A stretch of 64,000 bases of DNA from Halobacteriales archaeon SW_5_70_135 (GTDB taxonomy: Archaea > Halobacteriota > Halobacteria > Halobacteriales > SW-7-71-33), in assembly GCA_003022865.1 (NCBI GenBank), contig PXSK01000009.1, positions 16,274 through 80,273 on the forward strand, in the 5' to 3' direction. Numbering within the stretch: position 1 is the stretch's first letter; the number at the start of each line of letters is the position of its first letter. Made by a program: the position numbers and the translations under genes. This document shows positions 7,701 to 17,105 of the stretch, piece by piece. The notes below the pieces were generated by a model that saw nothing but the letters and a program-made list of their open reading frames with translations, did not search any database and was not told the DNA's origin.

Positions 7701-10700
7701 CGTTCAGCGCCTGCTGATCGGCCTCGGTGCGCCCGCTGTCCGGTGGGAGTACGACACCGACGAGCGGGACTACTACAACGTCGGTCCCATCGGCGAGCGG
7801 GGGCTCCGGACGTTCGCGGAGCGCGTCGGGTTCGTCGACGCACGGGACGGGGAGATGACCGAGAGGGTGTCCGAGTCCGGATTCCGAGACCTCTCCTGTG
7901 GCACTCTCGTCGACGAGCGGACCTGGCGAGTTCCCGTCGAGACCGTCGAGTCTGCCGGCACCGACACCGTCTACGACGTCACAGTCGCCGACGACCACGA
8001 GTACCTCGCCGACGGCGTCGTTTCGCACAACAGCGGCGGCGGAATGGGCTACGCCTTCTGGCGATTACGACCCTACGGCGACGCCGTCGGCTCCACCGGT
8101 GGCATCGCCAGCGGACCTATAACGTTTATGAGGACTTATGATCAATTATGTGAGACGATCGCCCAGGGCGGCGCCCGGCGGGGCGCGCAGATGGCGGTCA
8201 TGCGGGTCTCGCATCCGGACGTGATACAGTTCGTCCACGCGAAGAACAAGGACGTCTCGCTGGCCCGCACGCTGCGGCTGAACGACCCCGACGACTACAC
8301 GCACACCTCCTTCGTCGACGCGCTGGACGAGGCCCGCGAGCTCATCGACGAGGGAGGGCGCGTGCCCGAACATCTGCGCAACGCCGTCGAGGGACACCTC
8401 TCGAACTTCAACATCTCGGTCGGTATCACGGACGAGTTCATGGAGGCGGTGCGCGAGGGCGAGGAGTACACGTTCACGAACCCGCGCACCGGCGATCCCC
8501 ACGAGGCCACCCAGCACACGAAGGAGCTGTACGAGCGGTTCGGTCTCGGCGAGTACGTCGAGGTCGGCGAGCCGCTCGCCCTGCCGGCCGAGGAGCTGTG
8601 GGACCGCATCGTCGACGGCGCCCACGAGAACGGCGAGCCGGGCGTGGTCTTTCTCGACCGCATCAACGAGGAGCACTCCTTCCCGGTGGAGTCGACGTCG
8701 ACGGGTGACTCCTCCGAGTACGAGGTGCTCGCGACCAATCCCTGCTGTGCGGAAGGGACGCTGGTGAACACCCCGAACGGCTACCGCCCGGTCGAGGCGG
8801 TCGAGGAGGGCGACGAGATATCGACGGTGCTCGGGAGCGAGCCCGTCGAGGAGATCGAGGTCCACGAGGACTACCCCGTCCACCGCGTGGAGTTCAGCGA
8901 CGGCGGCTCGCTCGATGTCACCGCACAACACCAGTTCCACGTGCTCGACGGCAAGGGGGTCGAGACGGTCCCGCTCCACCAGGTCGAAGCGGGCGACCAC
9001 GTGCGGCTCCATCCGTCATCGCTCAACGAGGCTGGAACCGAGGAACAGTACGAGCGCGAACTGAAGCGTGGAGTCCTGATCGGCGACGGCTGTTACACTG
9101 AGACGGCCGTCGAGTGTGACAGCGTGACGATATCGACGAGCGCAGAGGACGAGGCGTACAACCGGCGGCTGCGGGAACTGTTCGGCGAGGGGGCGTTCCG
9201 CGCGGACGACGACAGTCCGGAGGGGAAGGCGAAGAAACTCCCTCTCTCGGACGGTGGTGCGGTCGTCCAGCAGCTCGACCTCGATCCCGCTCGGTCACCG
9301 GAGAAGAGCTTCGACCCCGCTGGGCTGAGGACCGAGGCGGAGGTCGTTGGGATGCTCGACGGCCTGCTGGCGTCCGACGGCAACGTCAACCTCTACGGCG
9401 ACCACCCCCAAATCCGGTGGGACACGTCCTCCGAGGAGCTCGCGAGTGCCATCCGGAAGGCGCTGCTGAGCGTCGGGATCCACGGTCGGATCTCGACGGT
9501 GACCAGCCACAAGCGCGGCGGCTCGATCAACGGGCGGAAGGTCAGCGCGAACAACCCGAAGTACACGGTCAACGTCTCCGGTTCCTCAGCGCGTCGCTAC
9601 GCCGGGACGAGTCGGATCGGGGAGATCCATCCCCGGAAGGGCGAGCAGATGCTGGAGCTACGGACCGGCTGGATGACCACGGGCAACACCTGGAAAGCCC
9701 AGATCGAGTCCATCGAGGCGCTCGAGGAGACGACGACGGTGTACGACCTCTACTGCTCCGAGTCGGACACCTGGATCACGGAGGGGTACGTGCAGCGGGG
9801 CTGCGGCGAACAACCGCTAATGGAGTACGAGGCCTGCAACCTCGGCCACATCAACCTCTCGACGCTGGCGGCCCACGACCGCCCGGACTGGCGAGTGTTC
9901 CGCGAGGAACACGGCGGCAGCCTGGAGGAGACGGTCGGGGACTTCCTCGACGCCGCCATCGACAACGAGGAGCTCGACCGTCGCATCGAGGTCGGCACCC
10001 GCTTCCTCGACGACGTCGTCACCATGAGCGACTTCCCGGTCGACCGCATCGAGCGGACGGTCCGTGACAACCGCAAGGTCGGCCTGGGCATCATGGGGCT
10101 GGCGCAGCTGTTCATCCAGCTCGGCGTCGAGTACGGCAGCAGCGAGGCCAACGAGATCGCCCGCCAGGTCATGCAACACATCAACCGCGGGTCGAAGAAG
10201 GTCTCCCGGGACCTCGCCCGCCGGCGCGGCTCGTTCAACAACTGGGCGGACTCGAAGTGGGCCTCGCCGACAGAGCACCGCGAGTGGTTCGAGAAACACA
10301 CCGGCCTGGACGCCGACGAATGGGCCGACGGCTATCCGATCCGGAACCACAACACCACGACGATCGCCCCGACGGGATGTGTCAAGGAGAACTCGCTGGT
10401 GTCGACTGACGAGGGGCTTCGCCCGATCGAGGACTTGGACAGTACCACTGCGGAGTTCGAGCAGTGGGACGAGATCGAGATCGGCGTGTCGACCGACGGT
10501 GGCACGAAGACCGCGACCGCCGTCTACGACAACGGCTTCGCCGACGTGCGGCGTATCGAGACCGAGGGTGGGTTCAGCGTCACATCGACGCCGAATCATC
10601 GGTTCCGGACGATCAGCGAGGACGGCGAGTACGCCTGGAGGGAAGCCGACGAGTTCGAACCCGGAGACAGTATCGTCCTCCAGCGGAACACCTTCGACGG

Positions 10701-13002
10701 TGGGTCGCGTGCCACCCTCGACACGAGCGAGTGCGAGAACTACTACCACAACACCGACGAGAGCCTCGAACTGCCGGCGACGATGACCCCTGAACTCGCC
10801 GAGTTCCTCGGCTACTTCATGGGTGACGGCTATGTCCACGACGAAGTCGGCGTCAAGCTGGTCGTCGGATCGGATGCAGAGGAACTCGACACTCGGCTCC
10901 GACGTCTCGGTGAGTCACTGTTCGGCGTGGCGCCGACCGTCGAGGGCCGCGATACACGTCACGTCCTCTGTTTCGACGGTCGTCACCTCCCTCGATACTT
11001 CGAGGACAACGGCTGGAAGAGGGACGACGGAAACGCAGGCGAGGGAGCCGCCAGTGCGTTCGTCCCCGAGGAGGTACTTCGCGGCGACGAGGCGGTCGCG
11101 AAGGCGTTCCTCCGGGGTCTGTTCGAGGCCGACGGAACAGCCTCTCGGAAGGTGGAACTGTCGACCGTCTCCCCAAGGCTCGCGGACCAGGTTCAGACAC
11201 TCCTGCTGTCACTGGGCTGTGTGTTCGTCCGGGACACGCTGGAGACTGCCGGCCTGGACGACCACTACGGTGACCGCCCCCGTCACAGGGTTCGGGGGGC
11301 GAACAGGCGCGAAGACAAGCGGTTCGTCGACGAGATCGGGTTCGTTACGAAGTCGACGAAGTTCGACCTGACTCCACAGTCGTACAAGAACGACACGTAT
11401 CCGCCCGCGGTCGTCGAGGCGCTCCGCGAGGTCGACGGGTACGAGTCGGTCAGCGCGGCCGTCAAGCACCGCGTCAACCAGTCGCCGATCGACGACTCCG
11501 TCTCTCGGAAGCTCGTCAGAGACGTCGAGCGAGAGACTGGCGAGACGGTTCGTCTTGACGGGCGGCGGTTGACCGAGTTCTACGTCGCCACCGTAGCGGA
11601 CGTGACCGAGGAGATGGCGTACACGAAGGACATCAGCGTCCCCTCGAACAACACCTACGTCGCAGACGGGTTCGTCACGCACAACACCACCTCGATGGTG
11701 GGCAACACCTCCGGTGGCTGTGAGCCCATCTTCAACGTCGCCTACTACAAGAACGTCAGCGAGGACGTTCAGGGCGACGAGATGCTGGTGGAGTTCGACG
11801 ACTACTTCCTGCGGGTGCTGGAGGCGAACGACATCGACGTCCAGGCCGCGAAGCGCGAGGCCCAGGAGCTGATGGCCGAGAACGACTTCGACGGCGTCGA
11901 GTCAATGGACACCGTCCCGGACGCGATCGGCGAGCTGTTCGTCACCACGGGCGACCTGAGCGCCCACGAGCACGCCGCCGTGCAGTGTGCGCTGCAGGAG
12001 GGCGTGGACTCGGCGATCTCAAAAACTGTCAACTCTCCAAAAGAGGCCACACTAGAGGACGCGAAGGACGCCTTCGAGTACGTCCACCGCAACGGCGGCA
12101 AGGGCGTCACCTACTACCGCGACGGCACCCGCTCGAAGCAGGTGCTCACCACGCGGGCGGAGAACACCGAGTTCGCCGACGCGCTGCCCGAGGACGAGGC
12201 CGAGGCCGCCGAGGTGCTCGTCGACCAGATCGAGGAGATCTTCGGCGGCGTCGAGGCCTTCCTCGGTCGCGACGTCGTCGGCGGTCTGGTCGACATGGAG
12301 GAGCTACTCGGCGGCAGCCGTACTGTCGCCGACCGTCCGGACACGCTCACCGGCGTCAGCCAGCGCATCGAGACCGGCTACGGCAAGCTGTACGTCACGA
12401 TCAACGAGGACCCCGAGACGGGCGACCCGTTCGAGGTGTTCGCCAACATCGGCCACTCCGGCGGCTTCACCAACTCCTTCACGGAGGCGATCGGGAAGAT
12501 CACCTCCTCCGCCCTGCGGGCGGGCGTGCCGCCGGAGGAGATCGTCGACGAGCTCTGTGGCACCCGCTCGCCGAAGGTCGCCTGGGACAAGGGCGAGCAG
12601 ATCCAGTCGATCCCCGACGCCATCGGCACGGCGCTGCGGCGCTACCTCGACGGCGACGTCGACCGCGCGGTGCCCCAGCAGACCACCATCGACGAGATGA
12701 CCGACGAAGACGCCGAGACCGGAGCCGACGCCGAGACCGGAGCCGTCGCGAGCGCGAGCACGCGCTCGGACTCGGACCCAGACCCGGACCCGGACGCGGG
12801 CGCCGAGCCGGAGTCGGAGTCGGAGTCGGAGTCGGAGGACGACCCCGCCGCGCCGGAGACCGACGGTGGCGTCGCGACCGCGGACAGTCAGGCCGTCGTC
12901 GACGCCGGCGAGAACCCCGAGTGTCCCGAGTGTGGCGCGATGCGGCTCTACTACTCGGAGGGCTGCAAAACCTGCGATAGCTGTGGGTGGAGCGAATGTT
13001 AA
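4758..13002 (+). CDS. nrdJ: Adenosylcobalamin-dependent (class II) ribonucleotide reductase NrdJ, interrupted by four inteins. The reading frame is broken at 5283-5306, so it may be a pseudogene or carry an assembly indel
   Basis: The N-extein is in frame 0 (ATG 4758, MSTHDELGAEEVHLPAKRTDGD...NLDFTPN). The rest is in frame 1 (track ORF 5341..13002). Extein motifs are SPTLMNAG, SGGGMGYAFWRLRP, TNP/CGEQPL, TTIAPTG/TTSMVGNTSGGCEP and SKTVNSP, followed by an acidic tail and a C-terminal CPECG..CKTCDSCG zinc ribbon. Confidence 0.85.
5283..6510 (+). mobile_element. nrdJ intein 1 (LAGLIDADG type), inserted at FTPN|SPTLMNAG; N-terminal splicing block missing or out of frame
   Basis: A Cys codon at 5283 follows ..FTPN. 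LAGLIDADG blocks are LAEWLGLYVGDG and FLRGLFEADGSV, block B is TPEHHF, and the C-terminus is VEGFVSHN|S (cac aac at 6505-6510). Confidence 0.8.
6634..8031 (+). mobile_element. nrdJ intein 2 (LAGLIDADG type with a tandem HTH insert), inserted at EVFQ|SGGGMGY
   Basis: It starts CLTADTRVPVDG (tgt at 6634). Blocks are TPNHELLV, LAELLGMWVGDG and FLRGLFSTDGSL. It ends VYDVTVADDHEYLADGVVSHN|S (aac at 8029-8031). Confidence 0.9.
8743..9801 (+). mobile_element. nrdJ intein 3 (LAGLIDADG type), inserted in the catalytic TNP|CGEQ motif; non-canonical C-terminus ..YVQRG
   Basis: It starts CCAEGTLVNTPNG, which aligns with the CFAKGTNV-type block A. Other blocks are RGVLIGDGCYTE and MLDGLLASDGNV. It ends TTVYDLYCSESDTWITEGYVQRG|CGEQPL. 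Confidence 0.75.
10378..11685 (+). mobile_element. nrdJ intein 4 (LAGLIDADG type), inserted at TIAPTG|TTSMVG
   Basis: It starts CVKENSLVSTDEG (tgt at 10378). Blocks are TPNHRFRT, LAEFLGYFMGDG and FLRGLFEADGTA. It ends SNNTYVADGFVTHN|T (aac at 11683-11685). Confidence 0.9.
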
Positions 13003-13010
13003 TTATTTGA
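12999..13010 (+). promoter_or_regulatory. Putative TATA-like element for the downstream nuclease gene (near-leaderless transcript)
   Basis: The AT-rich ttaattatttga overlaps the nrdJ stop and is centred about 30 nt upstream of the ATG at 13037. That spacing is typical of haloarchaeal leaderless mRNAs. Confidence 0.35.
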
Positions 13011-13036
13011 CATAAGATCGGATAGCGCACTCTTCG

Positions 13037-13966
13037 ATGGTTCACGACGTGGAACGGCCGATCGACGAGTGTCCCGCCTGCGGCAGGGGCGATTTCTCGG
13101 GAGAATATGGTATCGGTATTCGCCTGATCCGGTACTGTAACGAAGCGACTGACGAGGACAGGAACCTCGGTCACGAACTGATCAGTGGAGAGAACCACCC
13201 AATGACGGGGTACAAGATGCCGGAAGAGGCAAAAGAAGCTATCGGCGAAGCCAGCCGAGGACGGGAACTCTCCAAGGAGACGAAAGAGCAAATCAGCCGG
13301 ACTCTCCAGGGACACGAGGTGTCTGCGGAGACGAGAGAGAAGATATCGGAGTCGTTGCAGGGGAGCGATAACCCCTGGTACGGAGTGACCGGTGAGGACC
13401 ACCCACTTCATGGGTGCGAGTGGAGCGAAGAGCAGCGACAACAGCTATCAGAGTCACTCTCCGGCGAAAATGCCCCGTGGTACGGTGTCACCGGTGAGGA
13501 TCATCCGTGGCACGGTGTGACCGGCGAGGACCACCCGATGTACGGCTACGAGTGGTCGGAGGAACAACTGGAACGGTTGAGCGAGGCACACAGAGGTCAG
13601 TTGAGCGCAGGGACGAAGCAGATCCACGTCGACGAAACCGGCCACGTAGTACGGAGCGGGTGGGAGGCAGAGGTGGACGCTATTCTCCACCAGAGCGGTG
13701 TCGAGTACGAGTACGAGGGTGAGACATTTGACCTCGGGGAGAGAACGTACACGCCCGATTTCATCTGTCGTTCCACCGTTGTCGTCGAGGTGAAGGGGTA
13801 TATAAACGACGGCGACGAGGAGAAGGCCAGAATGTTGATGCAGCAGAACAACGAAAGAGTATACATGGTGGTAGGGTCCGAACTCCCCGCACATCGCCAC
13901 CTCTGCTGGGAGGAACGTGAGAAGTTGCCCGAGGTGGTCGAGACTCTGGCGAGTGACTCCGGCTAA
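13037..13966 (+). CDS. Free-standing homing-endonuclease-like protein: N-terminal CxxC, five NUMOD3-like repeats, C-terminal PD-(D/E)XK nuclease motif
   Basis: 309-aa ORF in a low-GC island. The repeats are PEEAKEAIGEASRG, SKETKEQISRTLQG, SAETREKISESLQG, SEEQRQQLSESLSG and SEEQLERLSEAHRG, interleaved with NPWYGVTGEDHP(L/W/M)(H/Y)G units. The C-terminus reads SGWEAEVD...ERTYTPDF...VVVEVKGY. Confidence 0.7.
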   Translation: MVHDVERPIDECPACGRGDFSGEYGIGIRLIRYCNEATDEDRNLGHELISGENHPMTGYKMPEEAKEAIGEASRGRELSKETKEQISRTLQGHEVSAETREKISESLQGSDNPWYGVTGEDHPLHGCEWSEEQRQQLSESLSGENAPWYGVTGEDHPWHGVTGEDHPMYGYEWSEEQLERLSEAHRGQLSAGTKQIHVDETGHVVRSGWEAEVDAILHQSGVEYEYEGETFDLGERTYTPDFICRSTVVVEVKGYINDGDEEKARMLMQQNNERVYMVVGSELPAHRHLCWEEREKLPEVVETLASDSG

Positions 13967-13974
13967 CGTAGAAT

Positions 13975-14103
13975 ATGAAAGACACGGATAGCAAGACCAG
14001 CCCGCGCTGTCCAGCCTGCGGCGCCGAGACGTACCGCCGACACTGCAAGTACGTCTGTCCCGCACACGGCGTCGTGATGGACTGCGCGGACGCCTTCTGG
14101 TAG
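13975..14103 (+). CDS. Small CPxCG-type zinc-ribbon protein (42 aa)
   Basis: My own translation gives MKDTDSKTSPRCPACGAETYRRHCKYVCPAHGVVMDCADAFW*. It is below the ORF-track size cutoff. It has native GC and two Cys pairs. Confidence 0.5.
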   Translation: MKDTDSKTSPRCPACGAETYRRHCKYVCPAHGVVMDCADAFW

Positions 14104-14184
14104 CCGGACACCGGCCGCGAGCGGTCGTCTGACGTCGCCGGCCGCCACCCAAGGCTTAATCCGTCGCACGTCGCCCCTCCGACG

Positions 14185-16536
14185 ATGCACGACAGGCCAG
14201 ACGGGCGACGGGCGGGCGCATCGCTCGCGGTCGTGGGACTCGCGGCGCTTCTGGTCGTCTCGGCCGGCACGGCCACGGTCGACGCGACTGCCACGCAGGA
14301 GTCGGCGGAAGGCGAGGAGCTGACCGACGGTGGCCTCTACTTCGTCGGCCAGCAGCTGGTCACCGACCGGTACGACGCCGGGACGACGCTCACGCTCAGA
14401 CGCGGGGACGACTCGTTCGTCTCGGACCTGGTGGTCGACGACGACGGCGTGTTGCGGATCGACACCGCTCGCCTGGAGGCGGGGACCTACCGGCTGGTCC
14501 CGCCCGACGGCCCGCGGACGACGTTCGAACTCGCACGCCAGACGCTGCGCGTCTCGGCGACGCCCTCGCGGGTCTCCGGCGCCGACCGGACAGTACAGCT
14601 CACGGTCGACTCGAACCGGGACGGCTACGACCTGGTGGTCTCCGTCGACGGGCTCGACGCCCGCACGCTCGCCGACGGCAGCGACCAGTTGACGCTGCGC
14701 GACGGGCAGGCGGTGCTCGCCGACGCCGGCACAGGGGAGACGCTGACGCTCGACTTCGACGGCGTGGCCGACGGCGGCTACGAGGTGAGGGTGGCGGTAG
14801 CGGACACGACAGCGACGGCGACGACGACGGTGCGGGTCGGGGCGAGCGGCGGCACGGCGACGTTCGGGACGAGTCTCGTCACCGAGGAGGTGGGTGACGT
14901 GGCGCGTGTCCCCGTCGAGTTCGACGACGTCGACCGGGCGACACTCACCGTCGGCAGCGAGGCGCTCAACTGGCGAGTGCGGGTCGACGTCGTCGACGCC
15001 GACGGCGACGGTAGCGCCGTCGTGCTGGTGAACACCGACAACGTCCGCCAGGCGGGACGGGTGTTCTCGGCGACGGGTGCCGACCGCGTCGAGGACGTCC
15101 GGCGACTCGCTGGCGGCCGGTTCGACGACCCGAACCGGCGGATCGACCCGACGTCGTATCCGCTGCGGCTGTCGGCCGGCGGGGCGACGGACGCCGGGAG
15201 TCTGACCCTGGAGAATCCGAACAGCGTCCGGCAGTCGGTCTCGGCGACGGCGGTTCCCGGCGTGTTGCAGGCGACCGAGGTCCCCGACGCGGTCGCCGGA
15301 GTGGGCGGCGACACGACGGCGAGCGTCGCGGCCGGCGACTGGGTGGTGCTGCGCGTCCGGGCGGCCGGCGTCTTCGGCTACGTCGACGACGTCGGGGACC
15401 TGACCGGCGAGGGGAGCCAGGGCGTCACGCTGCGGCTCGTCCGGCAGTCCGGCGTCGGAGCGGGGACCGACGCGCTCGGCGACGGGGCCGGCTACGTGCT
15501 CGTCGGCCGGCCGGCGGAGAACACGCTGTTCGTGTTCACGAAGCCCGACCTGGGTGGACTGGAGGTCGGCGACCGGTACGAGGCGCGGTTCAGAGTCGAG
15601 GAGTCGAACCCGTACGTCGGCGCGACGGTGGAGCGGTCGGCGACCGTCACCGTCGAGCGACCCTCCGTTACGGTCGCGGCGACCGGCGACCACGTCGGCG
15701 TCGCGGCGACCGCGTCGGGCCTGGTCAGGGGAGAGACGAACCTGGCCGACGGCACGGAGCTCGCGGTGTCGGCGAGCGGCCCCGGCGTCGCCGCCGCCGG
15801 CGAGGCGACGGTACGGGACGGCCGCTGGAGTGTCGACCTGGACCTCTCGACCGCGGAGCCGGGCGAGCGGTTCACCGTCGAGGTGGGCCGGCCGGGCGAG
15901 ACGATCACGAGCGTCGACGCCGTCCTCACGCGTCCTCCGTCGGTCGCGGTCGCGAACCAGACGCCGAGTGGCGACCGACTGGTCACCGTCGACCGCGTGC
16001 GCCTGCCGAACGGCGGGTTCGTCGCGGTCTACGACCGCCCTCCGGGTGAGGACGGCCGGCCGGCGCCGCTCGGCACGTCGACGCTGCTGCCACAGGGAAC
16101 GAGCGGGGACGTCACCGTCACGCTCGACGAGCCGATCGACGGGGAGCGGTCGGTCGTCGTCGTGGTCCACCGGAACGGCGGCGACGGTCAGTTCGAGTTC
16201 GTCACCTCCGACGGCGCACGCGACCGACCGTACACGGCCGACGGCCGGACCGTGAGCGCCGAGGTGACGCTGTCGACGGGGGGCGAGCCCGCCACGACCG
16301 CGACGACGACCGAGACCGATACCGTCACCGACACGGATACGGACACGCCGACCACCGACGATACCGCCACCGACACGCCGACGGACACGGACACGGACAC
16401 GCCGACCACGGCCGACACGACCGGCGATGACGGCGACGGCGGACTCGTCGACGGGGTCGGCGCGCCGGGCTTCGGCCCGGCGGCGGCGCTGGTCGCACTC
16501 TTCGCCGTCGCGCTGCTGGCGCGGCGCCGCCGGTAG
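14185..16536 (+). CDS. Secreted surface (S-layer-like) glycoprotein with a Thr/Asp-rich linker and a PGF-CTERM archaeosortase signal
   Basis: It has an N-terminal signal/TM (SLAVVGLAALLVVSAGTA), a C-terminal TDTDTDTPTT linker, then GAPGFGPAAALVALFAVALLARRRR. Confidence 0.85.
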   Translation: MHDRPDGRRAGASLAVVGLAALLVVSAGTATVDATATQESAEGEELTDGGLYFVGQQLVTDRYDAGTTLTLRRGDDSFVSDLVVDDDGVLRIDTARLEAGTYRLVPPDGPRTTFELARQTLRVSATPSRVSGADRTVQLTVDSNRDGYDLVVSVDGLDARTLADGSDQLTLRDGQAVLADAGTGETLTLDFDGVADGGYEVRVAVADTTATATTTVRVGASGGTATFGTSLVTEEVGDVARVPVEFDDVDRATLTVGSEALNWRVRVDVVDADGDGSAVVLVNTDNVRQAGRVFSATGADRVEDVRRLAGGRFDDPNRRIDPTSYPLRLSAGGATDAGSLTLENPNSVRQSVSATAVPGVLQATEVPDAVAGVGGDTTASVAAGDWVVLRVRAAGVFGYVDDVGDLTGEGSQGVTLRLVRQSGVGAGTDALGDGAGYVLVGRPAENTLFVFTKPDLGGLEVGDRYEARFRVEESNPYVGATVERSATVTVERPSVTVAATGDHVGVAATASGLVRGETNLADGTELAVSASGPGVAAAGEATVRDGRWSVDLDLSTAEPGERFTVEVGRPGETITSVDAVLTRPPSVAVANQTPSGDRLVTVDRVRLPNGGFVAVYDRPPGEDGRPAPLGTSTLLPQGTSGDVTVTLDEPIDGERSVVVVVHRNGGDGQFEFVTSDGARDRPYTADGRTVSAEVTLSTGGEPATTATTTETDTVTDTDTDTPTTDDTATDTPTDTDTDTPTTADTTGDDGDGGLVDGVGAPGFGPAAALVALFAVALLARRRR

Positions 16537-16580
16537 CCGGCCTCCAAACACTTAATCGGCTGGCGATCACCTCTCGGACA

Positions 16581-17105
16581 GTGACGGAGCCGAACGAGTC
16601 CGGTCTCGACGACCCGCGGTGGCGCGAGCGGGTCGACGAGAGCGGGGGCGACGACGGTCCGACGTTCCCCTCGCCGGAGAGGAGCGGTCCCGAGGAGGGC
16701 GATCCGGACTCGGACTCGGACCCGGACCCGGACCCGGACCCGGTCGAGACCGGCGTCGCCTTGCTGTCCCGCCTGGAGCACGACGAACTGTCGGTCGCCG
16801 ACGCGCTCGACCGGATCGAGGCGATCACGTCGGCGCCGGAGCGCCAGCGGGAGATCCTCGAGACGGCCGAACGGCGGGGACTGGTCGAGCGCGACGGGGC
16901 GCGACTGCGACCGGCCGACGGCGCCGGCGCCGGCGCCGGCGGCGGCTACGTGCGCTTCGAGAGCGAGGTGGTCGTCCGTCACGGCGAGTTCACCTGTCGG
17001 CGCTGTGGCGCGGCGATCGGCGAGGGCCACTTCGTCCGTCTCGACCCGGGCGAGGTGGGGCCGTTCGGCTCCTCCTGTGTGCGGACGGTGTTGGGGCGCG
17101 ACTAG
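16581..17105 (+). CDS. Conserved hypothetical acidic protein with a C-terminal CxxC..C motif
   Basis: 174-aa ORF with a GTG start, halophile-like acidic composition, and GEFTCRRCGAAIGEGHF...GSSC near the C-terminus. Confidence 0.6.
   Translation: MTEPNESGLDDPRWRERVDESGGDDGPTFPSPERSGPEEGDPDSDSDPDPDPDPVETGVALLSRLEHDELSVADALDRIEAITSAPERQREILETAERRGLVERDGARLRPADGAGAGAGGGYVRFESEVVVRHGEFTCRRCGAAIGEGHFVRLDPGEVGPFGSSCVRTVLGRD

Noticed and set aside
12766-12840. Hexanucleotide microsatellites (gacccg/gactcg/gagtcg and gacacg types) at 12766-12840, 16300-16400, 16701-16745, 17358-17384 and 24398-24423.
   Set aside because: Most encode the DP/SD/SE/TD acidic linkers typical of halophilic proteins and O-glycosylated surface-protein stalks. 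They are low-complexity, not CRISPR-like (no spacers), and carry no further signal.
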